From: the human T2T-CHM13v2.0 reference genome, Homo sapiens
Length of the DNA: 64,000 nt
Strand: one strand, 5' to 3'
NCBI RefSeq assembly: GCF_009914755.1
Contig: NC_060931.1
The translations under genes were made by a program, and so were the position numbers. The number at the start of each line of letters is the position of its first letter. The stretch's first letter is position 1. The notes under the pieces are model-generated. The model did not search any database and was not told the origin of the DNA. It was given only the letters and a program-made list of their open reading frames with translations. Positions 16,391 through 30,829 of this stretch are shown piece by piece.

Positions 16391-17851
16391 AATAGAAACC
16401 TTTTACCACAAATTATTAAGTGCTCCCTAAGCCTCACTCCATACAGTAATTCTACATATAATATGTTATACCATAAAATGAATGTAACTCCTGCCCCATA
16501 CCTTAAGGGCTCTTTATTTAAAAAAATAAATTTCAAGCTAATGTTACAACACACATTGTTCCCTCTCTGCCTTATGTCCTGCTATCATTCTGAGTGAGCA
16601 GACTTCATAATTCTTAGACCACCAAAATCCAAATCCACTGTTTTTGTGCATTAGTGACTTACACCAGAAAACATCATGATTCGTAACCGCCCTTCTCTAA
16701 TCTCCTGTAGTTTAATTTTTTTTTCTCTGACATTTACCTGTTTAACTAGGTGGACCAACAAAAAGTGTTAGTGGAAAAAAAAAAGTTGAGGATGGAGGAC
16801 AGTGTTATTTGTAGTGACATTACAAGATAGACAGGGGTGCATCCACTCTTGAGGATGAAAGAAGTCATACCTAGTCTGGTATTAGGCAGCACAGGTGACA
16901 ACCCCTGGCAAGAAGCCCAGACTCCACTTAAGCACAGTGAACACGATATAATGAAGTCCAGAGCCCCAAGGGCAGGGACTAGACCTTTCTCTGTTTTATT
17001 CTGTACCAAGTTCTCACTCACAACTCAAAAACTTTTTTTTAATTAAAAAGCTTACGTGTATAATGAGGACATATTATATACTCTATGAGGTCAAATTCTA
17101 GATAACAAAGAAGCTATTCATATGGTGGAAAAATAGTGAAGTCATAGTTAAAAGATATAAAAAATAAAGAAAGAAGATCAAAAATGATTTTTGTGTTTAA
17201 GAAAGAAAATGTATAGTTTATTGAATGATGTTTTTTAAAAAGGTACAAGTAAATGTTTACGTTGAGGCAATGACATTCTGACTATGAAATAAATGTCTTT
17301 GATCAAGGTTAATTCCACAACATCTATTACCATGTGCAATGCACAGTATTGATGCAGTAAATGGACAAAGAAGAGCAAAATCCTCTTCCAGGAATATACA
17401 GACCAGTAATGCAGACATAAACAAGTGAGCATGATATAAAAGTCTTTGTGGCCAAGGCTTTCAGCAGCTCCATTCTTTCTTCTCATAATCTCTGTAATGC
17501 ACTTCTTGTTCATAATCAGGATCGACTTTAGATTATGGAGTCTACCTCTCAGCCTTCCTTCTTACTAAAAGTCTAGCCATACTCCTGAGGGTCTTCAATT
17601 TCTGTTGACACTTGGTCCATCACCCTTACTTCATAGATTCTTGGTAAATTTCAATGACTTTAAGAGCTGACCCAGGTTTTGTGGGATGTGAAGCATGTTA
17701 CAAGCCCTCTTTAAAAACAAGAGTTCAGTTTACAAATGCAAAAATAGCACGAAGTATAAGAAAATAAATTCACAACAAATTACAAATCTTAAAAAGCTAT
17801 CCAAAACCACATTGTGTAAAAGGATTAAAATAACAATATTTAAATTAACTA

Positions 17852-18171
<320 letters not shown>

Positions 18172-18467
18172 TTATGATTATTTTTTCTACATTTACAGTT
18201 GCACACTCTGATTACCTGTTCCTAATTCAATGACTTGGCAACTCCTTTTCTATAGTGGGAATATAATATTTTATATTTTCTTCTGAAAAATTTGGTAGAA
18301 ATTTGTTTTTGTTTATATTTTTGTTTTTTATGACTCAAGTACATGATTCCAGAATTTTTTTTATTACTGATAGGTTAGGAAAGTTTCTTTCAGCTTCATA
18401 ATTATTGTTGCTGATGTCTTATAAATAATATGCAATTGTTTTAAAATTTGGGCAAACTTTTATCAAG

Positions 18468-18575
18468 TTTCTTCCTTTCTTTTTTCTTCTTTCTTTTCTT
18501 CTTTCTCTCTCTCTTTTGCTTTCTTTCTTTCATTCTTTCTTTCTTTCTTTCTTTCTTTTTCTTTCTCTCTCCCTT

Positions 18576-18613
<38 letters not shown>

Positions 18614-18660
18614 TTTCTTTCTTTCTCTCTCCCTTTCTCTCTCTCTTTCTTTCTTTCTTC
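18468..18660. repeat. (TTTC)n/(TC)n polypyrimidine tract derived from an Alu tail
   Basis: About 190 bp, almost pure C/T. Confidence 0.95.
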
Positions 18661-18905
18661 AATGGCATGATCATAGCTCACCATAGCCTTGAACTCCTGG
18701 GCTCAAGCAATCCTACCAACCTCAGCCTCCCAAGTAGCTACAGGTGCACGCCACCACACCCAGCTAATTTTTTTATTGTTATTTTTGGGGAGATGTGATC
18801 TTGCTATTTTGCCCAGGTTGGTCTCAAACTCCTAGCTTCAAGAAACCCTCCTGCCCCACCTTATCAAAGAACTAGGATTATAGGCATGAGCCACTGCAGC
18901 TGGCC
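18661..18905 (-). mobile_element. AluJ lacking its 3'-terminal ~45 nt
   Basis: J-type sequence; TSD ttatcaagtttctt (18460-18473) / ttatcaattttctt (18906-18919). Confidence 0.9.
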
Positions 18906-19399
18906 TTATCAATTTTCTTTTATGCATGGGCTGTAAGTTTTCTTGCACAATGACTAAACTGAAATATATTTTGAAGTGAAGATACTTAGCAAGGTACTTT
19001 GTCATTAATGTAACCATGACAGAAGGGGTGAATGGATCACAGTTTGTGGTGAGAGTGTTCCTGGAAACTATCACTGCACTGAGAAAGCTATAACTCAATT
19101 ATACATGAAAGTAACTATAGGACACAGAAATATATCTTAGGAAATTCAAATTTATGTATCCCTAAATAAAATTCACATATCTGTGGCTACTACCCCAACA
19201 CCACTCAACAAAAGCAGAAGTTTGACAGAAGGGAAGTGGGACTGAAAAACAACAATAACACAAATTTTAATTAATTCCTATTAAAACAACTCACCTTTGC
19301 AAATTTTACAAAATATATGACACAGGTAATCACATCACCAGAGTCTTATCCAAGACCTCAAAATGGGAAGTCTCTCAGTAGTTTGACCTCTGGACTGTA

Positions 19400-20345
19400 T
19401 CTTTTTCATTTCTTTCATCCACTCTCATGACCTTTTCCTGTAAAAGCCTCTAATCCTTTGGTTGTATGTCTGCATTACTCTCTCTCCCCTTTTGTGTTTA
19501 CCTAGAAAACTATAGATGTACTATAAATCTCAAACCCTGTGAGGTATCCTTGATTTTTTCCTCTCCTTCACCCTCCAATACAATAAATCAACAAGTTCTT
19601 CAGATTCTAACTCCAGTGTATCTCTCAAACTGTTCCCTCCATTACTGTTAGCAATATCATAATCTGGGCAATAATCTTTCATTACCAGGAATCTTGCAAC
19701 AACTTCCTAATCAGTCTTTCTGTCCATAGTCTTGTGCCCTCAAAGCCATTCTTGGTATAATTTCAAAAATAATTTATTAAAAATTCAACTCTGACCATAT
19801 CATTCCTTGGCAAACAAAAACAAAAACAAAAACAAAAACAACAAAAAGCTCAATAGCATCACTGCTCTCAGATCATGCCCAAGCCCTTTTGCTAGAAGAC
19901 AAAACCCTCTAAAATTGGTCCTGTCCGTTTCAATCTTATTCCTTTCCCCTCTCACCTCATACTGTATATTACCCCCAAACCCCAAAGAATATGGAATTGT
20001 CTGCATGTCATGCCCTGTCAGATTGTGTTCAACATTCCCTACTATCTGAAATACTTCTACCCACCTTCTCCAACTCCCCAATTCATTTTTAAAGACTTCA
20101 CGTATATTACAGCTTACTTTGTAGGGTTTTCTGGGGCCCAAATACTGAAAAAGTTTTTCTCCTTTGGCCTCCTGTACTCTGATATGAGTAGTTTCATTTC
20201 TAAACCTAACATAAAATTTTGTGTCTCCTCCACTAGTGTGTAGCATCCTTGAGGGAAGAGACCTTGTCTCATTCATCTTTGTGTCTCCATGGCATAGTAT
20301 ACAGCCTGACAAACGAAAGGAGCTCAAGGAATTTCAGTGAATGGA
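19400..20345 (+). mobile_element. L2 LINE 3' portion
   Basis: ttgcaacaacttcctaatcagtctttctg..cttgagggaagagaccttgtc..gtgaatgg L2 3' end. Confidence 0.75.
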
Positions 20346-21994
20346 AAACATAAATGTGATGTCCAACGGTACAGGTGAAATCAGAGTGCTGAAGAAGACC
20401 AGAGATAAAAGAATTATGAATTATGTCATGAAATAAGTAGCATATGAAATGGATCTTGAAACACACATGCCATGATGTAAGTTGAAGGGATTGTGCATTT
20501 CAGTAGAGAGATTTAATAAAGCATGACTAAAGATCAAAGAGCTTCGCTGCAAGAATGCATCTAAAATTAAACTAATGAAGGAGAACCTGGTAGGATAAAT
20601 GAGAACAAAATATTCTTTAATTCCTGACATGGACAAATAGTTCTCAGAGGATAATCAAGAGGACCTAATTAGATGATTGAAAGGATGCCTTTGTGGATGA
20701 AAAAGAAACATTATCTTTTATGTTCATAGAGCCCACATACGTAAGCATGGCAAAATGCAAAGAAAAGCATTCTCAAAGGATTAAAAAAAATCTAAACAAA
20801 ATATTGTAAACTTGAGTTGCATTGGTCACATTTTCGTGTTGGTAAATTACTGCATGAATGAAAAACAATTACTGTACATGTAAATGGCTAAAGAAAATAG
20901 GACTAAATGTGGAGACATGGGGAACTACAAAATGTTGGTCAATCAACAATTTATTGAGCCACTTCTCTTTTAGTTACTTTAGAAGAGACAACTGAAGCAG
21001 AAAATAAGATTCTTTACCTTGCAAAGCCTCAAATCCAATTAAAGGAAGTAGATAAGCATAAACAATAGAAAACATAATTAACAGATTCTGGCAATTAAAA
21101 TGTACAAATAAGATTTTTCATAAAAAAACAGAAATTCTAGAGAAGATATAAGTTTTCTACATATAAATATTAGGTGGAGGGAATGCCTTCTAGGTAAAAA
21201 TAATTCCTTTAGCAAAGTCATAGATACTCTCTCAAGTAAAATAGATCCTTAGAACAGCAAGGATGCCAGAATGGCTCATGGAAGTGATTGTGATAGGGGC
21301 AAGTTAGACATTTGTAATGATGACAGTATCAGGGTAGAGTTTGTGAGACTAAGACAGTTTTAAATATAAATTCGGGGTAATATGCAGGTGTTATAAACTT
21401 CTAAAAAGAGAAATTACATAAAGAAAACTTTTACCAGTGTATAAGTTTATATGGGCCATACATACGAATGCAAAAAACAGTTCATATAGAATTCTTAAAT
21501 AACCATTGCTTCTTTACTTCTTTCCGCCCTTTCTTATTTTTCCTTTTCCCACAAATATGCATGTGTGTACATACTCACACCATCATTTTTTCAGTTTTTT
21601 TTGTGTTTTAAATTTGTTTTCCTTGTAATAATATCTCCTAAAACCATTATCAATTTTACTCCTAGGTGTGTTTCTTTATGGATCGATTCTGGTGATATTT
21701 GGTGATTTCTAAATCCTCTATATAGAGTTCATTTCTTTGCATCTCTCTTGTATTTTCATCTGTAGTGTTTAGATGCCATCAAAAAGAACACCAAAGTTTT
21801 CACAGATTTCAATAGGCCTTACAGGTTATTTACTCCTACCATCTTTCTTTCAATATATGGGAATACGGGAACTGTCTTATTTTTGTTGTTGTTGTTGTCA
21901 TAACAACTAAGGAAAAGGAAAAAAATAGCAAAAAAAGAAAACGGAAAGAATTTATAGGTCATACAATATAACTACAAAGTACAGCTATAAAAGT

Positions 21995-22220
21995 TTGATA
22001 CATTGGTACATGCTAGGCACCCTGCACAAATATTTACTAACATAATTTAACCCTGATAATAATCTTACTAAGTAGGAACTGCTATTATCTCACTTTTCAG
22101 ATGAAGAACCAGGGTATTAGAGAAGTTAACTAATCCACCAAAGGTTACACAGGCTATGCAAGATGAAGCAGGAATTCACACCTTGGGCTTCTTACTTCAA
22201 AGTTCCTGTGTTCAACTGCA
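21995..22220 (-). mobile_element. MIR
   Basis: attatctcacttttcagatgaagaa..agagaagttaactaat..aaggttacacag. Confidence 0.8.
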
Positions 22221-22532
22221 AGACTGGCCCTGTCTTAGCCCTGATTTGTGTCTTCTAAAGCTTCATCCAAGCGGCATTTTGAAAGAGTATACAAAACTAA
22301 AAGTAATCAAAAGGGTCCTTTTCAATAATGCTATTTAGATAAGACTAAGAAATTATAATGATTTCCACAGTTTATATATTCCACAAAAATAGTGTTGAAT
22401 TCAAAAACTCTTAGAAATACTGTTTTTTAAAGTTATAACTTGTGTGATACATATTCTACAACAGTTTTAGAGAGGCCTCAGACAGGTATGGATACTCAGC
22501 TTAATCCACTCATTCAAGAGGACATTTGTCTC

Positions 22533-22662
22533 AAAAAAGGAAGGAGCAGAGGTGAGAAGGACAAAGAGAAAGGAAGAGAAGAAGAAGGGGGAGAAAGGGA
22601 GGGAGGGAAGAAGGAGAAGAGGAAGAGAGAGGGGCAAAAAAGGAGAGGAGAAGAAGGAAAAA
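22533..22662. repeat. GA-rich low-complexity polypurine tract
   Basis: Seen directly. Confidence 0.85.
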
Positions 22663-23078
22663 GTAACTGAAAAAGCGTTAACTTGATTACTAATGATTTA
22701 GCTAAAGTACTATGTGCAAATAACAAAATGGTATAAGGTGGCTTCAAGAAAAAATTAAACCATAATCATAGCAAATTTAAAACACCTGCATAAGACTTTA
22801 AACTATATGATGCATTTGGATGTGAGGTGAGTTCAGTGAAAATATATCAGGTTGTAAACAGAAAGACATAAGAAGAATACAGAGTAAATAAAATCCCTTG
22901 AAGACTCACCTTTTTCTATTTTCTAATTTTATCAAAGTCTAAATGCTCCGTACAAATTCATTCCCCCTATACCTCTCAACATTTCTTCAGTAAGTAGTTT
23001 CCATCTTCGTATAATCTGGTCCAAGTTTTCTCTCCCTTTATTCAAGACGTGTCCTGATTGCACTGACATGACTCCCAG

Positions 23079-23710
23079 TGATGTAGGATTTTTCTTCTCA
23101 GTCCCTTTGCAAGCCAGGGAGTCCCGACCAGTGATGTCCCACTTGGGCCTAGCTCGGCCATGCTACCATGCCCCAGCTCACTTGTTATAGCTTGTATTTG
23201 CATTCGGTGGCTCCCAAGCTCTTGTACCACACCCAGGAAGAATAAGGATATGCAAGACATTGAAGGGTAAGGAGGGCAGAGAAGAATCTTATTAAGCGAT
23301 AAAAAATGGTTTTCAGCAGAGAGGAGATGGGGGGTGGGTGGAATGGTTCCCCTACCCAAAGGCAGGAAAGGTCCCCGCTGTGTGGCTGGGGCCTTTTATG
23401 GACTAAGAATGGGGATTGTGTGCTGATTGGTTTGTGAGTATGCAAAAAAAGTTAAAGCAAAGACATCACTCCAAGGTGGGCACAACAGTGTAGAAAAACC
23501 AGTTAGGAATGGGTAGGTATATGTAAAATTGGCGAAGGGTGAGGACCAATCAGAGGAGAGCATCCCAAACAGGAAGACAAGTTCTCAATCTGGTCTGAGG
23601 ATTTAACTTGTTGCTTGGCTTTCAGACCTTTTACTGTCTTCAGCTTGGAGGTGGGATTTCACCAGGGACCCGCCCCATCTGCCTAGGCATTTGGCTGCCC
23701 CTACTACTCT
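23079..23710 (-). mobile_element. ERV1 solo LTR (LTR27/LTR28/MER52 group, LTR27-like)
   Basis: Minus strand begins ..ggcagccaaatgcctaggcagatggggcgggtccctggtgaaatcccacctccaagc and ends agaaaaatcctacatca; CCAAT 23426-23430 and CATAAAA 23394-23400. Confidence 0.8.
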
Positions 23711-24664
23711 AAAGATAGCCTGTGGCCACCTTCTAGAGAGGAAGGTTGTCTTCCTTACTAGCCTTGCTTTTAGCCACCATTTATCACCCATAGAGAGAGT
23801 AAGTTGTGGGTACTTGTTTTTCTTTTACCTAGGCCTGGAATACTATATGAAGCAGTGTTTACCAGGAATGTCTCTCTTGAGAATAGGAGGAAGAATGGGA
23901 AGTTGCATTGTGGATTTCATAAAAGTCTTGATCAATGCAGCCGGAATAAGCAAGAAATTAGAAATGGATGTAAACTTTGAAGGGAATGTTTTGCATTTCT
24001 CTTAAAAGGTGCTGCTACACAAACAGGATACAAATGCTCTGAAGAAGCAGAAAAAGACCTCAGATCTTTTTCTAGAGAGATCACCAGGAAGGATAGCCCC
24101 CGAAGGTTAATTCATGCAGAAGGGTTGGAAAACATAATATTTTGTAATGTCAGTTTTGATTATATCATAAACTGAGCAATGTCAAAATATAGCATAATCA
24201 AATAAAAACTCGAAGCTTGAAATTATTTAACTACTTCCTCAACTCTAAATCATTCTAAAATGTCTCACTAATTATGTTACTCTCATGGGTTTTCTATCCT
24301 TTTTTTTTTGAAAAGTGCCAAAATCTATTCATTTCAAAGCATTCTATAAGAAAGTACAAAATGATCCTTTGAACCCATTTAACATATGGAGAGTCCGAAT
24401 CCCTAGAAAAGCTAAATGATTTTATCCAACCCCAACAAAAGGTGAAAAGATAAAGCCAAGACAATATTAGGATTTCACTTCCTTCTATCATATTAAAAAG
24501 TTAATGTAGTAATAAGAGCAAAAAATTTCCACAAGTACACTGGGAAGACACATCCTGAAATATTTTAGCTTAAGGATGCCCCATTGCAGTCATAATCTTA
24601 TTCTCTACCCCCAAACCATTTCCTCATTCATTTTGAGATGCATTCACTCTTAAAGAAACATTGA

Positions 24665-24923
24665 GGCCAGGCATGGTGGCTCACCCTTGTAATCCCAGAA
24701 CTTTAGGAGGCCAAGGTGGGTAGATCACCTGAGGTCAGGAATTCTAGACCAGCCTGGCCAAAATGGCGAAACCCTCTCTCTACTAAAAATCCAAAAATTA
24801 GCCAGGCATGGTGAAAGGTGCCTATAATCTCAGCTACTCGGGAGAGGCTGGGAACTGCTTGAACCCAGGAGGCAGAGGTTACAGTGAGCCAAGATCGTAT
24901 CGTGCCACTGCACTCTAGCCTGG

Positions 24924-24927
<4 letters not shown>
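24665..24927 (+). mobile_element. AluSx, 3' end replaced by microsatellite
   Basis: Alu sequence up to ..gcctgggtga. Confidence 0.93.

Positions 24928-25012
<85 letters not shown>
24927..25012. repeat. Compound perfect microsatellite (AT)26(AG)17
   Basis: Counted directly: AT 24927-24978, AG 24979-25012. Confidence 0.97.
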
Positions 25013-25020
<8 letters not shown>

Positions 25021-25361
25021 TCCCAAAAGTAAATAACTCCTACACTTTTGGAGTTTTAATGCCCTATTGTTGATTTTTGTGACACTCTACACCTTCTTAA
25101 AATCTTGCATAGATGGCATTTTTATAAAGTTATCTGTACTCTTCTTGCTAGGATTCTAGGATTAAACAAAAATATTCTACAGGTTAAATTATTTTCCCCA
25201 AGGGCATAATAGCAAGTTTATTAATTCATTGTCTCTCTTCCTTACCTCCTTCCAACTACTTTCATTTAACTATTATTCTTGTACTGAACTACTTGATGTC
25301 ATAATTGTGAACATTTTATTTTAAAGTTGAAGTAAATTGATGTTAGCAGTATTTCAGATGA

Positions 25362-25627
25362 GAGGCAGTATTGAATAGTGGTTAATTACGCACTCTGTGG
25401 AGTTAGACTGCTTACATTTAATTTCCTACTTCCCCACTCATTAGCTGAGTAACATAGGCAAATCTAGCCTAAGCAAGACCATTCTTTGTCCCAGTCTCAT
25501 CATCTATAAATGAATATACTAATAGTAACAACCTCACAGAATTGTGTTGAAGATTGAATCAGTCAAGCTATGGAAAGAATTTAGAACTGTGCCTGGCGTG
25601 TCATTCATTGTGTGTTAGCTATTACCA
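25362..25627 (+). mobile_element. MIR, near full length
   Basis: gaggcagtattgaatagtggtta..cagtctcatcatctataaatg..ttagaactgtgcctggc. Confidence 0.85.
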
Positions 25628-27955
25628 TTTCTATTCCTTTAATGCATTGCTTACTAGATGGTTAGGAGTTGATCTGAAGTTCAGAGCTACTACGGTCATC
25701 ATATATTTTCAAGTCATTCATAGAATGATGTCTACCAGATTCTAACCCAGAAAAGTTCGACACTTTGACACATAGATTATCTGGCAACCAGTGGCATGTG
25801 CGTGGTCTTGGCTCATCGGAAGACCCCTTGTTGATTTTGCATCTGGACTTAGTGGGCCAACATTGTGTGATGTACAAGGTGTCACTGAAGTCTGCAGGGG
25901 ATCCAGCCATCATAGGAAAATGACAGGGCTTATTGTTCCTGTGGTGGAGCAGACGCAGAGACCAAATGACTTAACTCTTTCAAGTGAGAACATCCTAGTT
26001 TAGATTCTGTCTTGGAATATGAACTTTCCTGAGCTACAAACAATCAAGTAAAATAATATTATCAGCAAAGGTTTACTGACTTCTTGAACCTTCCCTCCTC
26101 ACCTCTTCTCAATGATACCAAGCTTAGCTTTCTCCATAGAGCATCAGGGTTATGGGATTTTGTCATCCCCATAAACATGTCTGTACTGGATGCTTTGAAG
26201 TTTCTTCTAAATTATTGTTTTAAAATACTTATGTTCTGAAACCACTGTGGAAAACACCTTCTGTTTAATTTTTACCCAATACCCACTAACATGCTATAGA
26301 GAAAAAAAAACTGTCCATGTATTAGAAATATGCTGTCACCATTGATGAAATTCCAGAGTATTATATAAAGATTTTACCATCTAGAGCTCTGCAAAACACA
26401 GATTTTTAAAATTTTAAAAAGTTTTGAAAAACGTATCTTTTATAATATTCAAAATAATCTAATAAAAGTTTCCTATACATGTAAAACTCAATGATACATG
26501 AAATGTGCACTCCATGTCAAGTGTTGTTACAGACATGAAAACAAAATAGCAGCAAAATTGTGAACAGAATGTCATTGTATACAGACAGTGTTACAAGAGG
26601 ACTCTCTGCCCCTATCAGTTTGGTGAATAGTACACTGTACTGTTTTGTAAACTTAGGGCACAAACTCTGTCATATTTAAGCTTGAGTTTTCCTATCTATA
26701 ATACAAAATGCCTGGAATAATGCAGATGCTTAATAAATGCTTATGAAATAAATAAAAGAATAAATATCTAGGTCTTTATATATGTATATATAGTTATATA
26801 TATATGTATGTGTTTGCCTACTTGTGGTGTTGTATAGCATAGTATACACACACACATGTACACACACGCATATAGCACCACATACATAGCACTATTGCTT
26901 AAAACATTTAATGCCCTCTTACAAATTGCAAGCAGTGTTTCTATTAGAAGAGTGTCCTTGAAGATATTTCTCTTGAAATTAAAAACAATTACTATTCTTC
27001 TTAGATATAATTTCAGGTGATTATGTACTATGTTACATAAAACCTACTTTCTCAACCAGATAATAGGTAAACAAAAACCATTCTTTCTTAAGTCTACAGC
27101 CAATTCTTATTTCTAAGAAATAAAAAATAATAATATCTAAAATAAAATAAATTGGAGAGAGAAGGGAGGTAGCATAAATATATGCTAAAAGTTAGCTTTC
27201 AATGTTAAAAAAAGTGTTGTCATAAGCTTCTTTTAAAAAAATGATTTGAAACATTTTTAGTAATGTCAAGTTTTCCAGTGATGAATCTCATAAATATGCT
27301 GGTTTAGATAAAAGGAAGAAGAATCACCAGAGAAATACTTTGTATCTATAACATATACTGAATTGTTGTTTTAAAATGTACCAGTAAAGCAAGGGAACTG
27401 ATTCGACCTCAAGGAGATACTGTAATTATTTCTAGTAAATCCCTTTATCCTATTTAAAAGAACTATATTGTATTGTATTATAAAAAACAAATAAACAATT
27501 AAATCCTGTAATCAAAGCCCAACATAATAATAACTGAAAGATAATTTATGAAGAACCACTGTAAATTAATCTCTCTCACCTCAAAGATATGTGTGAACAG
27601 AATGAGTAAGAAAAGGAGCCGGAAGGAAAAGGAATCTGTAAATTGTGACTTCCATATGCTGATAAAAGTTTAATTAATTTGAAACACAATCTGTTAGGAA
27701 AAAATTGTTTTAGGTTTTTTTAATGGTTAAGATGCTTACTTTTAAAATTCATTATTTTAAAAAGTTAGGGAACCAAGTGTTCCCCACTGTTGGACAATTG
27801 CCATCAGTGGCCTGGGCCACATTTTAACTTTTGGAAACTCAGTGGTTTATTTGCAGGGTCACGTCAAACTATTGGAGGGCTGATGTCTGCTTCAAGATGT
27901 AAGGAAGAAAAAAAAGGGAAGAGTGGTTGTCAAGTTACTATTTACCTTCATCTAA

Positions 27956-28612
<657 letters not shown>

Positions 28613-29329
28613 TCAGATAAAATTGCATTAAAAACAATGTTTGCAATGCCTTATTAATATGATTTATTCAATTTTATTTAACTGAATAAATAGTTACTAA
28701 AATACCTATTATCTGTCCTAATGTTGTAGGACATTCAAAGTTGGATAAGATCTGATCCCCTTTCTCAAACAGCATGCAAACAGGTGGAACAATAGCTAGG
28801 TCAACTAGAGTCAGATGCTACAAATAAATCGGACCTAGTCGAGAGGCTAATGGCTTCTTGAATAACAAAGGAATATCCCATAGTTCTGATACCAAAGCAA
28901 CAAAACCAACTTCAGAAACAGCATTAGCCCATAGATATATAACACTGCATATGATTGGGCCTAAGAAAGTAGAGAAATGAGTCATTAGCTGATGAACTAT
29001 GAGATGTGTTTGCCAGGCTGGGAGGCTGAGGGGATGTCTTGTTTTCAATCGTGGAATTTGAGATCTGAAGTAGTCAGTTAGAAGTTTCAACATTCTACTG
29101 GGCTTACCGTGAAAGTGCTTTCTAGATGCCAATTATATTTTCTAAAATTTCAATCAAGAGCATAATTATGCATAATCAATTGAATAAGTTTCTTTTAGAT
29201 TTGCCTTGAGCTTATCAGATGAATGTTATTCAATAAGATCTGGCTCAGAATCTCAGTATGAATTATTTTTTATGTGTAATGAAGACACACTTGCACACAC
29301 TGTGTGTGTGTGCATGTGTGTGTGTGTTT

Positions 29330-29590
29330 ATACGCTGCAAGTTAGCTTGTATAGTGACACTATACATAGTGACAGAAGTCAAATCTATAATTGTACGAGT
29401 CAGGGGTAGTATGGAGATACAGAATGTAGGCTGATAAAAGGACACTAGTAAACTTGGGAAATATGGATATGTTTACTATCCTGACTATAATGATGGCTTC
29501 ACCAGTGTATACATATTTCAAAACTTAGAATATTGTACACTTTATATATGTGCAGTTTATTATGTCTATTATACATCCATAAGACATTTT
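29330..29590 (+). mobile_element. L1ME-type 3' end fragment
   Basis: gtgtatacatatttcaaaacttagaatattgtacactttatatatgtgcagtttattatgt. Confidence 0.65.
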
Positions 29591-30117
29591 TAAATTGGGG
29601 GGTAGGAAATGACTGATTATTTTTTTTCATTATCATGAAACTCCTTCATTCTCTGACATAATAGGGATATTCTCTTACAGTACCTTTTACATTTAAAACT
29701 TTAATCCATTTTGGAGTATGTGAATGGTAGTTTCAATAATATTATCAATTTTTTATATTAAAACCAGTTCTGTCAATCCATTTTTTTAAAATCCAGTTTT
29801 CCCTATTGACTTGCCACATTTCCTCTATTATACATCTGGGTCCTATATCTGTTTATGTTTAATTCTATTTGGTTGCTCTGTTTTTTTCTCTCTGCACTAG
29901 TATTACACTGTTTGGATTACTATAAATTTACAGTGAGTCTTTTTATTTGTTAAAACAAGCACCCCCTTCCCGTTCTATTTGAATATTGTCTCTGCTATTT
30001 TTGGAGACCTTTGATCTTCTATATGAATGTTGGAACTTCTATAAACAAATTCACTGCTCACATTGAATTTTAGGAAAACTGTGTTTGCTATACTGCTGAA
30101 AATTACCATGATAGCAT

Positions 30118-30643
30118 TGATGCAAGACACATGAGACCTCAAATTGGGGCTTAGCCCATGAGAGTTCTTAGCTTTGCTCAGGAAAGAATTCAAGGATGAA
30201 ACCAGTGGTGTTAAGCAGCAGTCTTTTATTGAACTGGAGCTGCTCCATGCAGAGCAGGGCTAACTCATAGGCAGTGTGCCCAGAGTCCGGCAATGTATGA
30301 TTTCTTGGCAACTGTTTTTATGCTCACATAAACCCACTTTCAGTTACAAGCAAATTGAGGGTCATGTTATTTAGAACTTTCCAGAAAAGGGGCAGTAACT
30401 TCTGGGTCATTGCCATGGAAGTGGGTGGTGACTTCTGGGTTGTTGTCATGGCATTTGTAAGCTGTCATGGCATTGGTAGAAGGATCTTATATTAATGAGC
30501 AATGAGGGCAGCTAGGGATCACCTTTGTAGATCACCATCTGCTGGTTCCTGCTGATTTTTTCACTTTATCCTTTCTGGACCAGATCCTGTTTTGGTCAGC
30601 AGGATTGTGACCAGAAAACAAGTCCTGCTAATCTCCTACATCA
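30118..30643 (-). mobile_element. ERV1 solo LTR (MER66-like)
   Basis: TG..CA termini with perfect 4-bp TSD GCAT (30114-30117 / 30644-30647); ggggcttagccc..aggaaagaattcaagg motif. Confidence 0.85.
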
Positions 30644-30829
30644 GCATGAGAGAGTCACCCTTCAATACTTGTAATAATTGCTTACAGTTGAAATACCTAA
30701 AAACTTGCCAATTCTGTGCAGTATATGTAACTGAATATGTATCAAACACAAAAGCAGCTTTGTGATTTTTCTATAGATTGTGGATAAGGGTGACAAAAAC
30801 ACGAAAAAAAGAACAACAAAAGCAACAAT

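Noticed and set aside
18441-18798. Lys/Glu/Arg-rich and Phe/Leu/Ser-rich ORFs
   Set aside because: Translation of the (TTTC)n tract and Alu.
19800-20327. 175-aa ORF
   Set aside because: Antisense to a decayed L2; no homology recognised.
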